Source: an uncultured Chitinophagaceae bacterium (lineage in GTDB: Bacteria > Bacteroidota > Bacteroidia > Chitinophagales > CAIOSU01). From it: a stretch of 60,810 nucleotides of DNA. The stretch's first letter is position 1, and every line of letters starts with the position of its first letter. The stretch covers positions 1 through 60,810 of the forward strand of contig CAYGTK010000002.1 of the NCBI GenBank assembly GCA_964352775.1. Reading direction: 5' to 3'. Shown in pieces: positions 1 to 10,864 of the stretch. The notes beneath the pieces were generated by a model. It ran no database searches. It was not told the DNA's origin and worked only from the letters and a program-made list of their open reading frames with translations. The translations under genes were made by a program, and so were the position numbers.

Positions 1-128
1 ACAGCCTACTGTCAAATGGGAACATAACGGAGCAGTATCAGAAATATGACTCTTAAAGAGCTTTTGAGAATTCGAATGCAAATTTTGAAATCAACACTAA
101 CTCCGGCTGTATGAGCGACTAGAACAAC

Positions 129-968
129 TTGATAAATGAGGAAAATCCAAAAGAAACCCAATACCATCAATTAGAGCAATTCCACTTTAATAACTTGGGT
201 GTTATTCCTTTTAAAATAGCTGGTGATGCAGTTAATCCTTTATTGGATGTTACGTTTGACGGAACACACATTATGGATGGCGATATAGTTTCGGCACAGC
301 CAGAGATACGCATTGAACTGAAGGATGACAATGAGTTCCTTCGTTTAAATGACACCTCGTTGGTCAATGTATTTTTACTGCATCCTGATGGCTCACAAGA
401 GCGGGTACAATACGATGGAATAGAAGCTAGATTTGAACCTGCTCCTCTATCAAAAGAAAATTTCGCCGAAGTATTCATCAATAGAGAATTCTTAGTTAGT
501 GGAGAGTATGAGCTTTGGGTTCAAGCAGAAGATAGAAGCCGTAACGTGTCAGGTAACTATGGTAGCCCGCAGTCGGGTTTAGACTACCGTATAGCCTTCG
601 AGGTAATAAGGGAAGCTAGCATTACAAGAGTGGTTAACTATCCTAATCCATTTACCACTTCCACTCGATTTGTATTTACACTTACTGGTATCACTCCACC
701 AGATTATTTCAAAATACAAGTAATGACCGTTTCGGGTAAAATAGTAAGAGAGATCACCTTGGCCGAGCTAGGTAACTTACGTATTGGAAGAAACATTACT
801 GACTATGCTTGGGATGGTACCGATCAATATGGCGATAGACTTGCGAACGGTTTATACCTATACCGTGTAGTTGCCTCTATTGATGGAGAAAGCATTGAGC
901 TAAATGATAGTAATGGCTTAGGAAAGTACTTTAAAAGCGGCTTTGGTAAAATGTATCTAGTCCGCTAA
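129..968 (+). CDS. T9SS-type C-terminal (FlgD-Ig / Por-sorting-like) domain protein, probably the 3' remnant of a larger gene
   Basis: The C-terminal part reads VVNYPNPFTTSTRFVFTLTG...YAWDGTDQYGDRLANGLYLYRV, the beta-sandwich sorting-domain pattern. There is no signal peptide, and the first codon is TTG right after an in-frame TAG (120-122). All three forward frames are closed within 1-128. Confidence 0.45.
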   Translation: MINEENPKETQYHQLEQFHFNNLGVIPFKIAGDAVNPLLDVTFDGTHIMDGDIVSAQPEIRIELKDDNEFLRLNDTSLVNVFLLHPDGSQERVQYDGIEARFEPAPLSKENFAEVFINREFLVSGEYELWVQAEDRSRNVSGNYGSPQSGLDYRIAFEVIREASITRVVNYPNPFTTSTRFVFTLTGITPPDYFKIQVMTVSGKIVREITLAELGNLRIGRNITDYAWDGTDQYGDRLANGLYLYRVVASIDGESIELNDSNGLGKYFKSGFGKMYLVR

Positions 969-1570
969 GCTTGAAGCTTAGAAGCTATTCCAGCAAAGTA
1001 TTTAGATAGATACTTACCTAGTATATCGAATTCCAAATTCACTTTATGTCCCTCCTTTAAATACTTGAAACAAGTATGCTCGTAGGTATATGGAATTATA
1101 GCTACTGAAAAGCTATCCATAGTGGCCTGAACTACTGTGAGGCTTACACCATCAATGCATATTGATCCTTTATCAACTAGCATGCTAACATCGGTAGGAA
1201 TGAATTTGAAATAGTACTCCCAACTGCCATCTACTTCGTTAACCTTTACAACTTCCGCAGTAGTATCCACGTGGCCTTGTACCATATGCCCATCAAATCG
1301 ACTATCAGCAAGCATGGCTCGTTCCAAGTTAACGCTAGAGCCAATCTTCCAAGCTGCTAGACTAGTCTTATCTAAAGTCTCTTTAATGGCAGTAACTGTA
1401 TGTGCGTCGCCTTCTAGCTCTACAACAGTAAGGCATACCCCATTGTGCGCAACACTCTGGTCTATCTTCAGCTCTTTACTAATAGTGCTGCTTATGGTGA
1501 AATGAAGGTTTGTACCCTCTTCGCGAATAGTAGTTATCTCTCCTACTGCTTCAATAATTCCCGTGAACAT
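965..1570 (-). CDS. ribE: riboflavin synthase
   Basis: MFTGIIE.VGEI N-terminus, two lumazine-binding repeats, 201 aa. Confidence 0.9.
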   Translation of the reverse strand: MFTGIIEAVGEITTIREEGTNLHFTISSTISKELKIDQSVAHNGVCLTVVELEGDAHTVTAIKETLDKTSLAAWKIGSSVNLERAMLADSRFDGHMVQGHVDTTAEVVKVNEVDGSWEYYFKFIPTDVSMLVDKGSICIDGVSLTVVQATMDSFSVAIIPYTYEHTCFKYLKEGHKVNLEFDILGKYLSKYFAGIASKLQA

Positions 1571-1573
1571 CTG

Positions 1574-4354
1574 TTATGGATTTTCTCCTCCGTTACCTCT
1601 TATCAATCTGATATAGCCTTCCAAAATATCTGGCGATTGGTTTACACCGTCAACTCTTATCTCAAAAGTTTTACAAGAATAGTAATAAGTACCTTCTTTC
1701 ATTGGCTTACCGCTGTTCATATCATTACCATTCCAAAGTATTTCTGGGTCGGTAGTTTCAAACACCAAAGTACCCCAACGGTCGTATATCTTCATGTCTA
1801 TTCTATCGATATATCGGAACGGGGTGAATGGCACAAAGAAGTCATTACTACCATCGTTGTTCGGGGTGAACACATTTGGCAGTTTGTAGCAAGGACAATT
1901 GTCTACACATTCAATATTACTAGGCTCACTCTCATTACCCGCCGAATCTACTGCTGTAACGAAGTAGCATCCAGCCAAAGACCCATCTATAGTAGAATGA
2001 AAGTAAAAAGTGTCCGCAGCACCGAAAATACTATCAATAAGCATTGGATCGGTCTCTTCCGTTATTGGTGAGTCAAAGTAGACATAGTATTTCTCAGTAT
2101 CGTCACTATCCTCGCAGCTATTACTTGGGTTGGTCCAGTTAAGGGCATTCTTTAGCTGTGAAAGATCATCAGAGCAAAATTCTCCATTATCTACATCATC
2201 GCAAGCATTCTCCACCATAAGTACTGGTGGGCATGGAGCAAGGGTATCTATAGGGCGTGCACAAGCTATTTGGCTAAGGTTTATTATTGGGTCTACCACG
2301 CCTGTAATGGTATAACCACCTGTACTTTGCACATAGTAGCAGTACAAAGAATCGTTCACAAGACCTTCATCTACAAACACACTATCTAACGATGTACCAA
2401 TGAAATTGAAAACTGAAGTACCTGGATCTTGGCGGAAAATAGAATATTCCTCATTCGTCCACGGAACCCGTTCCTCCCAAGTCAAGGTCATTTTCCGATC
2501 GGAAGCATCCAAAGTCAAGAACACAGAAGATGCCGTTTCGCTAGCGCCAACGAACGTACCATTAGAGTAAAAGTCTATTTTATAAGTATGTGGCTGGGTT
2601 TGAGTGTTCAACCCACTGTCATTAAATGTGGTATCATTCAATCCGCTGAAAGTTGCGCTAGTAAAAGTTTGTATCTCCGTAAAAGCAGTTCCAAAACCGT
2701 CCGCTCTAGCGACCCTATACTCGTAAGGCCCTGGTAATTGCAATGTATCTAAGCCATCAACACCAGCTAGTGGTTTACTCCAAGATACTATGGTTCTACC
2801 AGTAATTTGATCAGTTTCCACAACAGTTACATGGGTAATGAGCGGAAGATCCTTTTTAAGTTCAGAGCAAGCTTCATTACTCGGCATACTTTCTACCTTA
2901 TTGTATAGTAGTCCAAATGACGTACGCTCCGCAAATTCCGCCAATACCCTGTAGCAATAGTTCTTACCGCGAACTACATTTGAATCAATATGGGTATAAA
3001 CAGTTAGTCTATCAGCTATTTTCACGTAGCCCTGTCCAGCTAGTCCCTTCATACAAGTATCTGGTGGAAAAGGATTAGAACCTTCTCTTCTCCATACCGA
3101 AAAACCAATAAATTTATCCGTTACAAAACAAGAATATGGGTCGTCCCAATTCACTTCAACTGTATTATTCACGGGGTCTGCCGTTACGTTTTCTGGTGGC
3201 GGGGCTACTACTTCAATAGTCCAAGTCTCTAGATCTACCAATGGATTGGGTTGACCAGGTATGGGAGAGAAATTATCGCTAGCCTTAAATACCACTTGGT
3301 AGAATTGTCGGCGGATATGATCACAAGAGGTTTGCCAGAAGAAAGTACCATTAGCAGGATTGATACCACCTGATGTAAATTGGGCAGCAGGAGCTTCAAT
3401 AGTAGCAGCATCTAAAGGGCCACCAAAGGCTTCTAGTATAACTGTTTGCCCAACATTGGGATCGGTCGCTCTAATGTCTATCTCTAAAGGGCTACCTGCC
3501 AATATACAGGTATCTCTGATCTCATTAAGTACAGGTGGGTCGTTCACATTATCTACAACAATTATCTGCATATCACGCAATACCGTACCTAGCTCAATAC
3601 CGTTTCTATATTCCGTTATAAGTATAGCTATGGTGTAAATACCCTGTTGCTGAGGTGTGTTCCAAACAATATCTCCAGTAAGCACATCTATAGTAAATAC
3701 ATCTGGTGCTGGATCTACTTCTTCTGGAAATTCATAGTTCGGCACTTCTAACCCTTTTTGACGAAAAGGGACGATGAGTTCGTAAACCAAGCTATCACCG
3801 TCAGGGTCGAAAGCAGCAGGGTTATGCTCAAATATCTCATCTACTTTTGCGTAATCGATAGGTGGATTAAGCAACACAGGCGACGTATTCAGGCCAACAA
3901 AAGTAGGGTCATAAATACGCAGTGTATCTTCTAAGTAAAAAGGTATTTGTACCGAAGCACCATTGTTGATATTTACAATACTGCTTATCCTGTTCGGGTC
4001 TACTATAGAAATAACAAAAAAGGGTAACGCACCTGGAAAAGTATGACGAACAGGACCGTAGACATTCTTCTTAGTATTATCTGCATTAGGGAATAATTCA
4101 CCCTGAGGAACACCATTTATACCCCCAACAGGTCCATTTTGCCTTGCAATGGGTTGAACTGGGCTACCATCTCCCCAATCCATATTCACGCTATCACGAT
4201 CTGCCGCATTATCTAGGGCGTAAGTAATTACTGTTACATCAAAGGTAAGCTGCGATACTTGCGTATAGATTATTTCGCCCGCTCGGTTATGTGTAGCATT
4301 AGCTAAAAGGCCAGCAAATACGAAAGCAATAAACAGAATTAACCGCTGCATCAT
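1574..4354 (-). CDS. large adhesin-like surface protein with a T9SS type-B (gliding-motility-associated / CHU_C) C-terminal sorting domain
   Basis: Signal peptide MMQRLILFIAFVFAGLLANA; cadherin-like DPDGDSLVYELI and VNDPPVL motifs; FN3-like segments. The C-terminal CPCYKLPNVFTPNNDGSNDFFVPF...YDRWG...NG is the type-B sorting signature. Confidence 0.8.
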   Translation of the reverse strand: MMQRLILFIAFVFAGLLANATHNRAGEIIYTQVSQLTFDVTVITYALDNAADRDSVNMDWGDGSPVQPIARQNGPVGGINGVPQGELFPNADNTKKNVYGPVRHTFPGALPFFVISIVDPNRISSIVNINNGASVQIPFYLEDTLRIYDPTFVGLNTSPVLLNPPIDYAKVDEIFEHNPAAFDPDGDSLVYELIVPFRQKGLEVPNYEFPEEVDPAPDVFTIDVLTGDIVWNTPQQQGIYTIAILITEYRNGIELGTVLRDMQIIVVDNVNDPPVLNEIRDTCILAGSPLEIDIRATDPNVGQTVILEAFGGPLDAATIEAPAAQFTSGGINPANGTFFWQTSCDHIRRQFYQVVFKASDNFSPIPGQPNPLVDLETWTIEVVAPPPENVTADPVNNTVEVNWDDPYSCFVTDKFIGFSVWRREGSNPFPPDTCMKGLAGQGYVKIADRLTVYTHIDSNVVRGKNYCYRVLAEFAERTSFGLLYNKVESMPSNEACSELKKDLPLITHVTVVETDQITGRTIVSWSKPLAGVDGLDTLQLPGPYEYRVARADGFGTAFTEIQTFTSATFSGLNDTTFNDSGLNTQTQPHTYKIDFYSNGTFVGASETASSVFLTLDASDRKMTLTWEERVPWTNEEYSIFRQDPGTSVFNFIGTSLDSVFVDEGLVNDSLYCYYVQSTGGYTITGVVDPIINLSQIACARPIDTLAPCPPVLMVENACDDVDNGEFCSDDLSQLKNALNWTNPSNSCEDSDDTEKYYVYFDSPITEETDPMLIDSIFGAADTFYFHSTIDGSLAGCYFVTAVDSAGNESEPSNIECVDNCPCYKLPNVFTPNNDGSNDFFVPFTPFRYIDRIDMKIYDRWGTLVFETTDPEILWNGNDMNSGKPMKEGTYYYSCKTFEIRVDGVNQSPDILEGYIRLIRGNGGENP

Positions 4355-4485
4355 TCTTTAGGCTTGAAGAGGCATGTTGCCCACTTCACAATTTTTGATA
4401 AATATACTGGTATAGCTACGAAAATGGGCGCACAGCTTATACACGGCAATAACGTTAAACAGCCCTAAAAATTGGCTACTTATCC

Positions 4486-7257
4486 TTATTGTGATGGTAT
4501 ATCATTACCCCCAACTATCAAATAAATATATCCTTCCAATGGTTCAGGTGACTTAACTATACCATCTTCCCTTATTTCAAACGTTTCGCACACATAGAAG
4601 TAAGTCCCTTCCTTCAATGGTTTTCCCGACTGCGGGTCTTTACCATCCCAATTTATATTTGGGTCATCTGTTTCAAACACCAATGTTCCCCACCTATCAA
4701 ATACCTTCAGATCTATCTTATCAATGTATCGATAAGGTAAGAATGGAATGAAAAAGTCATTACTACCATCGCCATTAGGCGTAAATACATTAGGCAGCTT
4801 ATAGCATGGGCAATTGTCAACACATACTTCTTCGCTTCGCTCACTTTCATTCCCCCTTACATCAACAGATGTAACATAATAGCAACCCGCCAGCGAACCA
4901 CTAAGCGTACTGTGAGAATAAAATGTATCAGCAGATGAAAAGAGACTATCTATCCGACGGAAAGAATCTTCTAATGGCGACCTGAAGTACACGTAGTATT
5001 TTTCTACATCATCAATACCTTCACAAGCATTCTCTGGGTTAGTCCAATTCAATTGATTTTGCAGTAGAGAGACATCATCAGAGCAAAACTCACCATCCTC
5101 TACATCAGGGCAATCGTTTACTACAGTAAGTACGGGTGGGCAAGGCGGAATGGTATCAATTGGGCGAGCGCAAGCTTGTTGGCTATTGTTCAATATAGGG
5201 TCTATTATCCCACTTACTGAATACCCTCCATCGCTTTCAATATAATAGCAGTAAAGCGAATCATTTACCACATCTCGGTCTGTATAAAGCTGGGTAGTAG
5301 TATTATCTATCAAATTATAGGCAGGGCTCCCAAAGTCGGCCCTGTAAATATTATACGTTTCATTTTGCCAAGGTACTTGTTCGCTCCAAGTCAGCTCCAT
5401 CCTATTGTCTGTGGCCACTAGCTCAAGAAATACAGTTGATGCCACTTCAGATGCTCCAACAAATGTTCCATTCGCATAAAATTCTATCTTATAACTGTAA
5501 GGATTCTCAAGCGTATTTAAGGCTAAATCAGTAAAAGTAGTATCGTTATGACTGAAAAAAGTTGGACTAGTAAAGGACTGTATCTCCGTAAATACAGTTG
5601 CATTTAAACCAAGCCCGCGAAGCACCTTGTATTCATATGGTCCGGGAAGTTGAAGCGTATCTAACCCATTAGTGCCCGCTAATGGTTTACTCCAAGTAAC
5701 ATCTACTGCTCCTTTAGATACATCTGTAGCTTCAACACTCGCTTTGGTAATGATAGGCACATCTCGAGATAACTCTGAGCATGCCTCATTACTCGGTAAA
5801 CTTTCCACTTTATTGTAGAGTAAACCAGCTGTAGTTCGTTCCGCAAACTCTGCTAACACTCGATAGCAATAGTTATTTCCCCTTACCACATTACTGTCAA
5901 TATAAGAGTAATCCGTTTCTAGCCTATCAGCTATTTTGGTATATCCCTTTCCTGCTAAGCCTACCTCACAATTTTCTGGAATGAATGGGTTACTTCCTAT
6001 TCTTCTCCAAACAGAAAAGCCAATGAATTTATCAGTGCTTGAACACAAGTAAGGATCTCGCCAAGAAACTTCTATACTGTTTCCTGATGCACTGGTTTGT
6101 ACATTTTGTGGGGCTGGTGCTACCACCTGTATTCGCCAGGTCTCTAGATCTACCAGCGGCCTAGGTGTACCTCCAGGAGAAAAATTATCGCTGGCTTTAA
6201 AAGTAACCTGATATGGTTGCCTGCGGATATGGTCGCAATTGGTACCCCACTCAAATAGACCATTAACTGGATTAGTGCCTGTAGTTGTTAAAGTAGCTGC
6301 TGGTGCTGGAATACTCGGTACATCCAATGGCCCACCGAAACCCTGTAAAAAAACAGTCTGGTTACTATCAATATCTCCAGCTATTAGTTCAAGCTCTAAA
6401 GGAGAGCCTGCAATAATACATGTATCCTTAACATCAGCAAGCTCAGGAGGTGAGTTTAAGTTATCTTCCACCACTATCTGCATATCCCGCATAATGGTAC
6501 CCAGTTCAATACCATTTCGATATTCTGTAATGAGAATAGCAATATTGTAAGTGCATATCTCAGGCGGTGCGTCCCAAACAATATCGCCCGTTAGTGGGTC
6601 GATAGTGAGTATATCTGGCTGGGGGTTGGTTTCCTCTGGAAAACGATAGTTGTTTACGGGAAAACCAGAACCTTGTAGCGAAGGTATCAACTGATAGACC
6701 AAGCTATCACCATCTACATCAAATGCCGCTGGATTATGCTCGAATACTTCTCCCACTTTAGCATAGTCGATCGGTGGATTCAACAAAATAGGGGACGTAT
6801 TTAAACCAACAAAGGAAGGGTCGAAAATGCGGATCGTATCTTCTATATAGAAGAGTTCATCACCAGACGATCCAAAATCCACATTACAAACAAAAGGTTC
6901 TCGGTAAGGCTCTGCAATTGATATTACAAAGAAGGGCAAAGCTCCAGAATAAATATGCCTAACAGGTCCATAGATATTCTTTTTTGTATTGCCAGCATTA
7001 GGTATGAACTCTCCTAGCCCAACACCCCCAACTATGTTTCCATTTGTTCTGGCAATATCTTGAACCGTTCCATCACCCCAATCTAATTCTATGAATGGTT
7101 GATCAGCGCTGTTGTTTAGTGCATAGGTAATAACTGTTGCCTCCACTTCCAGTTGCGAGATCTGTCGAAAAACGATCTCACCTGCCCTATAGTGCGAAGC
7201 CTGTGCAAATTGCACGAGCAAAAGGAACATAAAAAGGTAAGTAGATCTTAGCATCAT
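4486..7257 (-). CDS. paralog of 1574..4354: adhesin-like surface protein with a T9SS type-B sorting domain
   Basis: Collinear with the neighbouring gene over its full length and roughly two-thirds identical by eye. Same C-terminal CPCYKLPNVFTPNGDGSNDFFIPF motif. Start placed at MMLRSTYLF... (7257) to match the paralog's signal peptide; the ORF is open back to 7278. Confidence 0.8.
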   Translation of the reverse strand: MMLRSTYLFMFLLLVQFAQASHYRAGEIVFRQISQLEVEATVITYALNNSADQPFIELDWGDGTVQDIARTNGNIVGGVGLGEFIPNAGNTKKNIYGPVRHIYSGALPFFVISIAEPYREPFVCNVDFGSSGDELFYIEDTIRIFDPSFVGLNTSPILLNPPIDYAKVGEVFEHNPAAFDVDGDSLVYQLIPSLQGSGFPVNNYRFPEETNPQPDILTIDPLTGDIVWDAPPEICTYNIAILITEYRNGIELGTIMRDMQIVVEDNLNSPPELADVKDTCIIAGSPLELELIAGDIDSNQTVFLQGFGGPLDVPSIPAPAATLTTTGTNPVNGLFEWGTNCDHIRRQPYQVTFKASDNFSPGGTPRPLVDLETWRIQVVAPAPQNVQTSASGNSIEVSWRDPYLCSSTDKFIGFSVWRRIGSNPFIPENCEVGLAGKGYTKIADRLETDYSYIDSNVVRGNNYCYRVLAEFAERTTAGLLYNKVESLPSNEACSELSRDVPIITKASVEATDVSKGAVDVTWSKPLAGTNGLDTLQLPGPYEYKVLRGLGLNATVFTEIQSFTSPTFFSHNDTTFTDLALNTLENPYSYKIEFYANGTFVGASEVASTVFLELVATDNRMELTWSEQVPWQNETYNIYRADFGSPAYNLIDNTTTQLYTDRDVVNDSLYCYYIESDGGYSVSGIIDPILNNSQQACARPIDTIPPCPPVLTVVNDCPDVEDGEFCSDDVSLLQNQLNWTNPENACEGIDDVEKYYVYFRSPLEDSFRRIDSLFSSADTFYSHSTLSGSLAGCYYVTSVDVRGNESERSEEVCVDNCPCYKLPNVFTPNGDGSNDFFIPFLPYRYIDKIDLKVFDRWGTLVFETDDPNINWDGKDPQSGKPLKEGTYFYVCETFEIREDGIVKSPEPLEGYIYLIVGGNDIPSQ

Positions 7258-7343
7258 TCTATTAACCAAACTGGGCACTAACTAGTTTATGAAAGATAAA
7301 CAAAATGTATGGGTGCTTATTGTACAAGAGCACATGAACAGCC

Positions 7344-7382
7344 CTAAAACAAAACAGCCCCGCCATTAACTGACAGGGCTGT
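7344..7382 (-). terminator. rho-independent terminator downstream of sdhB
   Basis: On the minus strand, stem ACAGCCC/GGGCUGU (7382-7376 with 7360-7354), a 15-nt loop, then UUUUGUUUU. Confidence 0.55.
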
Positions 7383-7403
7383 GACATTTTATTTTATTGA
7401 CAG

Positions 7404-8153
7404 CTAGTTACTTGTAACTGATGCTTTCATGAACTCACGATTCATACGGGCAATGTTCTCTATAGAGATGCCTTTCGGGCATTCTACTTCACATGCACCT
7501 GTATTGGTACAATTTCCGAAACCTTCTTCGTCCATTTGTTGAACCATCTTCAGCACACGTTCTTCTGATTCCACTTGACCTTGAGGTAGCAGTGCTAATT
7601 GAGATACTTTGGCTGAAACGAATAGCATAGCCGATGCATTTTTACAAGTAGCCACACAAGCTCCACAACCGATACATGTTGCAGCATCAAAAGCTCTATC
7701 AGCATCTTCTTTAGGAACTGGAATAGCGTTTGCATCTAAGGTATTACCAGAGGTGTTAACCGATACGAAACCACCAGCTTGGATGATACGATCGAAAGCA
7801 GAGCGGTCTACCACTAAGTCTTTTATAATAGGGAATGCTTTAGCTCTCCAAGGCTCAATAAAGATGGTCTCCCCATCTTTGAAAGAACGCATGTGCAACT
7901 GACAAGTAGCTATCTCGCGACCCGGGCCATGTGCCTCGCCGTTAATGAACATACTGCAACTTCCGCAGATACCTTCACGACAATCATGATCAAAAGCTAT
8001 AGGGTCTTTACCATCTATAACTAACTTTTCGTTCAATACATCTATCATCTCTAAGAATGACTGATCGCCTTCAATACCTGTAACCTCATAGGTTTCCATG
8101 GCGCCCTTAGCGTTCGGTCCTTCTTGTCTCCATATCTTCAATGTCAAGTTCAT
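7404..8153 (-). CDS. sdhB: succinate dehydrogenase / fumarate reductase iron-sulfur subunit
   Basis: Cluster motifs [20 protein letters not shown] and [12 protein letters not shown]; located downstream of sdhA. Confidence 0.95.
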   Translation of the reverse strand: MNLTLKIWRQEGPNAKGAMETYEVTGIEGDQSFLEMIDVLNEKLVIDGKDPIAFDHDCREGICGSCSMFINGEAHGPGREIATCQLHMRSFKDGETIFIEPWRAKAFPIIKDLVVDRSAFDRIIQAGGFVSVNTSGNTLDANAIPVPKEDADRAFDAATCIGCGACVATCKNASAMLFVSAKVSQLALLPQGQVESEERVLKMVQQMDEEGFGNCTNTGACEVECPKGISIENIARMNREFMKASVTSN

Positions 8154-8175
8154 AGCACTTGTATTTTGTTCGTTC

Positions 8176-10176
8176 TTACTTGTAACTACGTGTTTTCAAC
8201 TCTACGTTGTCAAACACTAGTTCTTCTTTGTTCAATTTTGGCTGCGACACATCACCTGTAAATTCCCAAGCGGAGCTGTAGGCATAATTCACATCATCAC
8301 GAAGTGCTTCACCATCAGCTGTTTGGTACTCTTCGCGGAAGTGACCACCACAAGATTCGTTCCTGTCCAGTGCATCGATACACATCAATTCACCTAGCTC
8401 TAAGAAATCGGCAACACGGCCAGCTTTCTCTAATTCAGCGTTCAAGCCATCTTTTTTACCTGGTACTTTTACATCTCTCCAAAATTCTTCGCGTAGCGCT
8501 TGTATACCAGCTATTGCTTTTTTCAAGTCCTCCGCATTACGAGACATGCCGCAGTTATTCCACATAAACTTACCTAAACGGCGGTGGAAGCTATCTACGG
8601 TTTGAGTACCGTTGTTGTTCAACAAGTGGTCGATACGCTCGTTCACTTCTTTTTCAGCTTGTTCAAATTCAGGCGTATTGGTAGAAATTTCACCTGTACG
8701 TATCTCGTTCGACAAATAATCTCCAATAGTGTAAGGGATAACAAAGTATCCATCTGCCAATCCCTGCATTAATGCAGAAGCGCCTAATCGGTTGGCACCG
8801 TGATCAGAGAAATTAGCCTCACCTAAGGCATATAATCCAGGTACCGAGGTCATTAAGTTATAATCTACCCATAACCCACCCATAGTGTAGTGTACAGCAG
8901 GATAGATCTTCATTGGCATTTCATACGGGTTGTCGTCCGCTATCTTTTCGTACATCTGAAAGAGGTTACCATACTTGGCTTCCACTATCTCTTTACCCAA
9001 TTTTTGTACTAAAGCTTTGTCGTTCACATCAAGATGACGGGTTGTAGCTTCTACTTTTCCGTAGCGCTCGATCGCGGCAGCAAAATCCAAGTATACTGCT
9101 TCGCCTGTTTTATTCACCCCATATCCAGCATCACAACGCTCCTTAGCTGCACGTGATGCTACATCACGAGGCACTAAGTTTCCGAATGAAGGATAGCGGC
9201 GCTCTAAGTAATAATCACGTTTTTCTTCTGGTAGATCTTTCCCTTTTAGGCGGCCTTCGCGAATAGCTTTAGCGTCTTCCTGCTCTTTTGGCACCCAAAT
9301 ACGACCATCGTTACGTAACGACTCTGACATCAAGGTCAATTTCGACTGCGCATCTCCTGAAACAGGTATACAAGTAGGGTGAATTTGCGTGTAACATGGG
9401 TTAGCCATGTGGGCACCCTTACGGTGTGCTTTCCAAGCAGCAGATGTGTTAGAACCCATTGCATTGGTAGACAAGAAGAATACGTTACCATAACCTCCAC
9501 TTGCTATAATTACTGCATGCGCAGAATGACGTTCTACAGTTCCTGTAATTAAGTTACGAGCAATAATGCCTCGTGCCTTGCCATCTACTTTAACTATCTC
9601 CATCATCTCGTGACGGTTGTACATCTTTATCTTTCCTTTCCCGATCTGGCGAGACATGGCAGAGTATGCACCCAATAGTAGTTGCTGACCAGTTTGTCCT
9701 TTTGCATAGAAGGTACGAGATACTTGTACTCCACCAAATGAGCGGTTATCTAATAAACCACCATACTCACGTGCAAAGGGAACCCCTTGTGCAACACATT
9801 GATCGATGATGTTGGTAGATACTTCTGCTAAACGATGTACGTTAGCTTCTCTTGAACGGTAATCACCACCTTTAATGGTATCGTAGAATAAACGGTATAC
9901 GCTGTCTCCATCATTTTGATAGTTCTTAGCTGCATTTATTCCTCCTTGTGCTGCAATAGAGTGCGCACGGCGAGGGCTGTCTTGAAAACAGAATGCTTTT
10001 ACATTGTAGCCCATTTCTGCCAACGAAGCGGCAGCAGAACCTCCTGCCAAACCAGTACCAATAACAATAACGTCGATAGAACGCTTGTTAGCTGGGTTAA
10101 CCAAGCTAATGTTGTTCTTATGCTTTTGCCACTTATCAGCAAGTGGTCCTTCAGGTATCTTAGCGTCTAAACTCAT
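8176..10176 (-). CDS. sdhA: succinate dehydrogenase / fumarate reductase flavoprotein subunit
   Basis: FAD fold [28 protein letters not shown] (covalent-FAD His region), 666 aa. Confidence 0.95.
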   Translation of the reverse strand: MSLDAKIPEGPLADKWQKHKNNISLVNPANKRSIDVIVIGTGLAGGSAAASLAEMGYNVKAFCFQDSPRRAHSIAAQGGINAAKNYQNDGDSVYRLFYDTIKGGDYRSREANVHRLAEVSTNIIDQCVAQGVPFAREYGGLLDNRSFGGVQVSRTFYAKGQTGQQLLLGAYSAMSRQIGKGKIKMYNRHEMMEIVKVDGKARGIIARNLITGTVERHSAHAVIIASGGYGNVFFLSTNAMGSNTSAAWKAHRKGAHMANPCYTQIHPTCIPVSGDAQSKLTLMSESLRNDGRIWVPKEQEDAKAIREGRLKGKDLPEEKRDYYLERRYPSFGNLVPRDVASRAAKERCDAGYGVNKTGEAVYLDFAAAIERYGKVEATTRHLDVNDKALVQKLGKEIVEAKYGNLFQMYEKIADDNPYEMPMKIYPAVHYTMGGLWVDYNLMTSVPGLYALGEANFSDHGANRLGASALMQGLADGYFVIPYTIGDYLSNEIRTGEISTNTPEFEQAEKEVNERIDHLLNNNGTQTVDSFHRRLGKFMWNNCGMSRNAEDLKKAIAGIQALREEFWRDVKVPGKKDGLNAELEKAGRVADFLELGELMCIDALDRNESCGGHFREEYQTADGEALRDDVNYAYSSAWEFTGDVSQPKLNKEELVFDNVELKTRSYK

Positions 10177-10189
10177 GTTCTTTCTTTTC

Positions 10190-10864
10190 TTATCCTACAA
10201 CTAAAATGTAAACGGGAATGGCCGCAAATAACAAAGGCACAACTATGGATAAGCCCAAGCCTGCTTTGTGAATTAGAGGAGTATATTTCGGATGATTAGC
10301 ACCTATTGATTGGAAACCGCTTTCAAAACCATGTGCGAGGTGGAATGCTAAAACCAACATGCTAAACACATATATAGCTACGTACCAAGGCGTACTGAAT
10401 GCTTCGTAGACTACAGCATGAAGGTCTTTTAGGCCATTAGCGTCTAGTGGCACATCTCCAAAATGCATTTCATACCAAAATGCACGAAGGTGGATGACAA
10501 GGAATACCAAGATCAACACACCGAGTGGTGCCATGTAACGGCTCATCCAGCTTGAATTGGCTCCAGCATTTTCTTTAGCGTAACCTATTGGGCGCGCTTT
10601 TCTATTCTGCACTGTTAGATAAATACCCATAAATGCGTGAAATAGAATACTAAAGTACGTTACGTATGATAGTACTTTAACTGCGGGATTTGTGGTCATG
10701 AATTGGGCATATTCGTTAAAGGCAAACTTACCAGCATCCCCTTGAATGAACAGTTGCAAGTTTCCTGCTAAGTGTCCTAGTAAGAAAATGACCAAGAAAA
10801 GACCCGTTAGGGCGGTAAAAACCTTTTTCGCAATGGATCGTGTAGCTAGTGCTGATGCGCTCAT
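10190..10864 (-). CDS. sdhC: succinate dehydrogenase cytochrome b subunit (b558 family)
   Basis: A 224-aa polytopic membrane protein with conserved His in its TM helices, directly upstream of sdhA-sdhB. Confidence 0.85.
   Translation of the reverse strand: MSASALATRSIAKKVFTALTGLFLVIFLLGHLAGNLQLFIQGDAGKFAFNEYAQFMTTNPAVKVLSYVTYFSILFHAFMGIYLTVQNRKARPIGYAKENAGANSSWMSRYMAPLGVLILVFLVIHLRAFWYEMHFGDVPLDANGLKDLHAVVYEAFSTPWYVAIYVFSMLVLAFHLAHGFESGFQSIGANHPKYTPLIHKAGLGLSIVVPLLFAAIPVYILVVG

Noticed and set aside
1445-2071. A 208-aa plus-strand ORF, together with many similar antisense ORFs (for example 22796..23398, 34847..35317, 36845..37456, 44082..44420, 53436..53795, 54894..55319, 60320..60754).
   Set aside because: Each lies entirely inside, and antisense to, a gene with strong family signatures. 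The translations are low-complexity (Ser/Leu/Pro/Cys-rich) with no recognisable motifs, so they are shadow ORFs.
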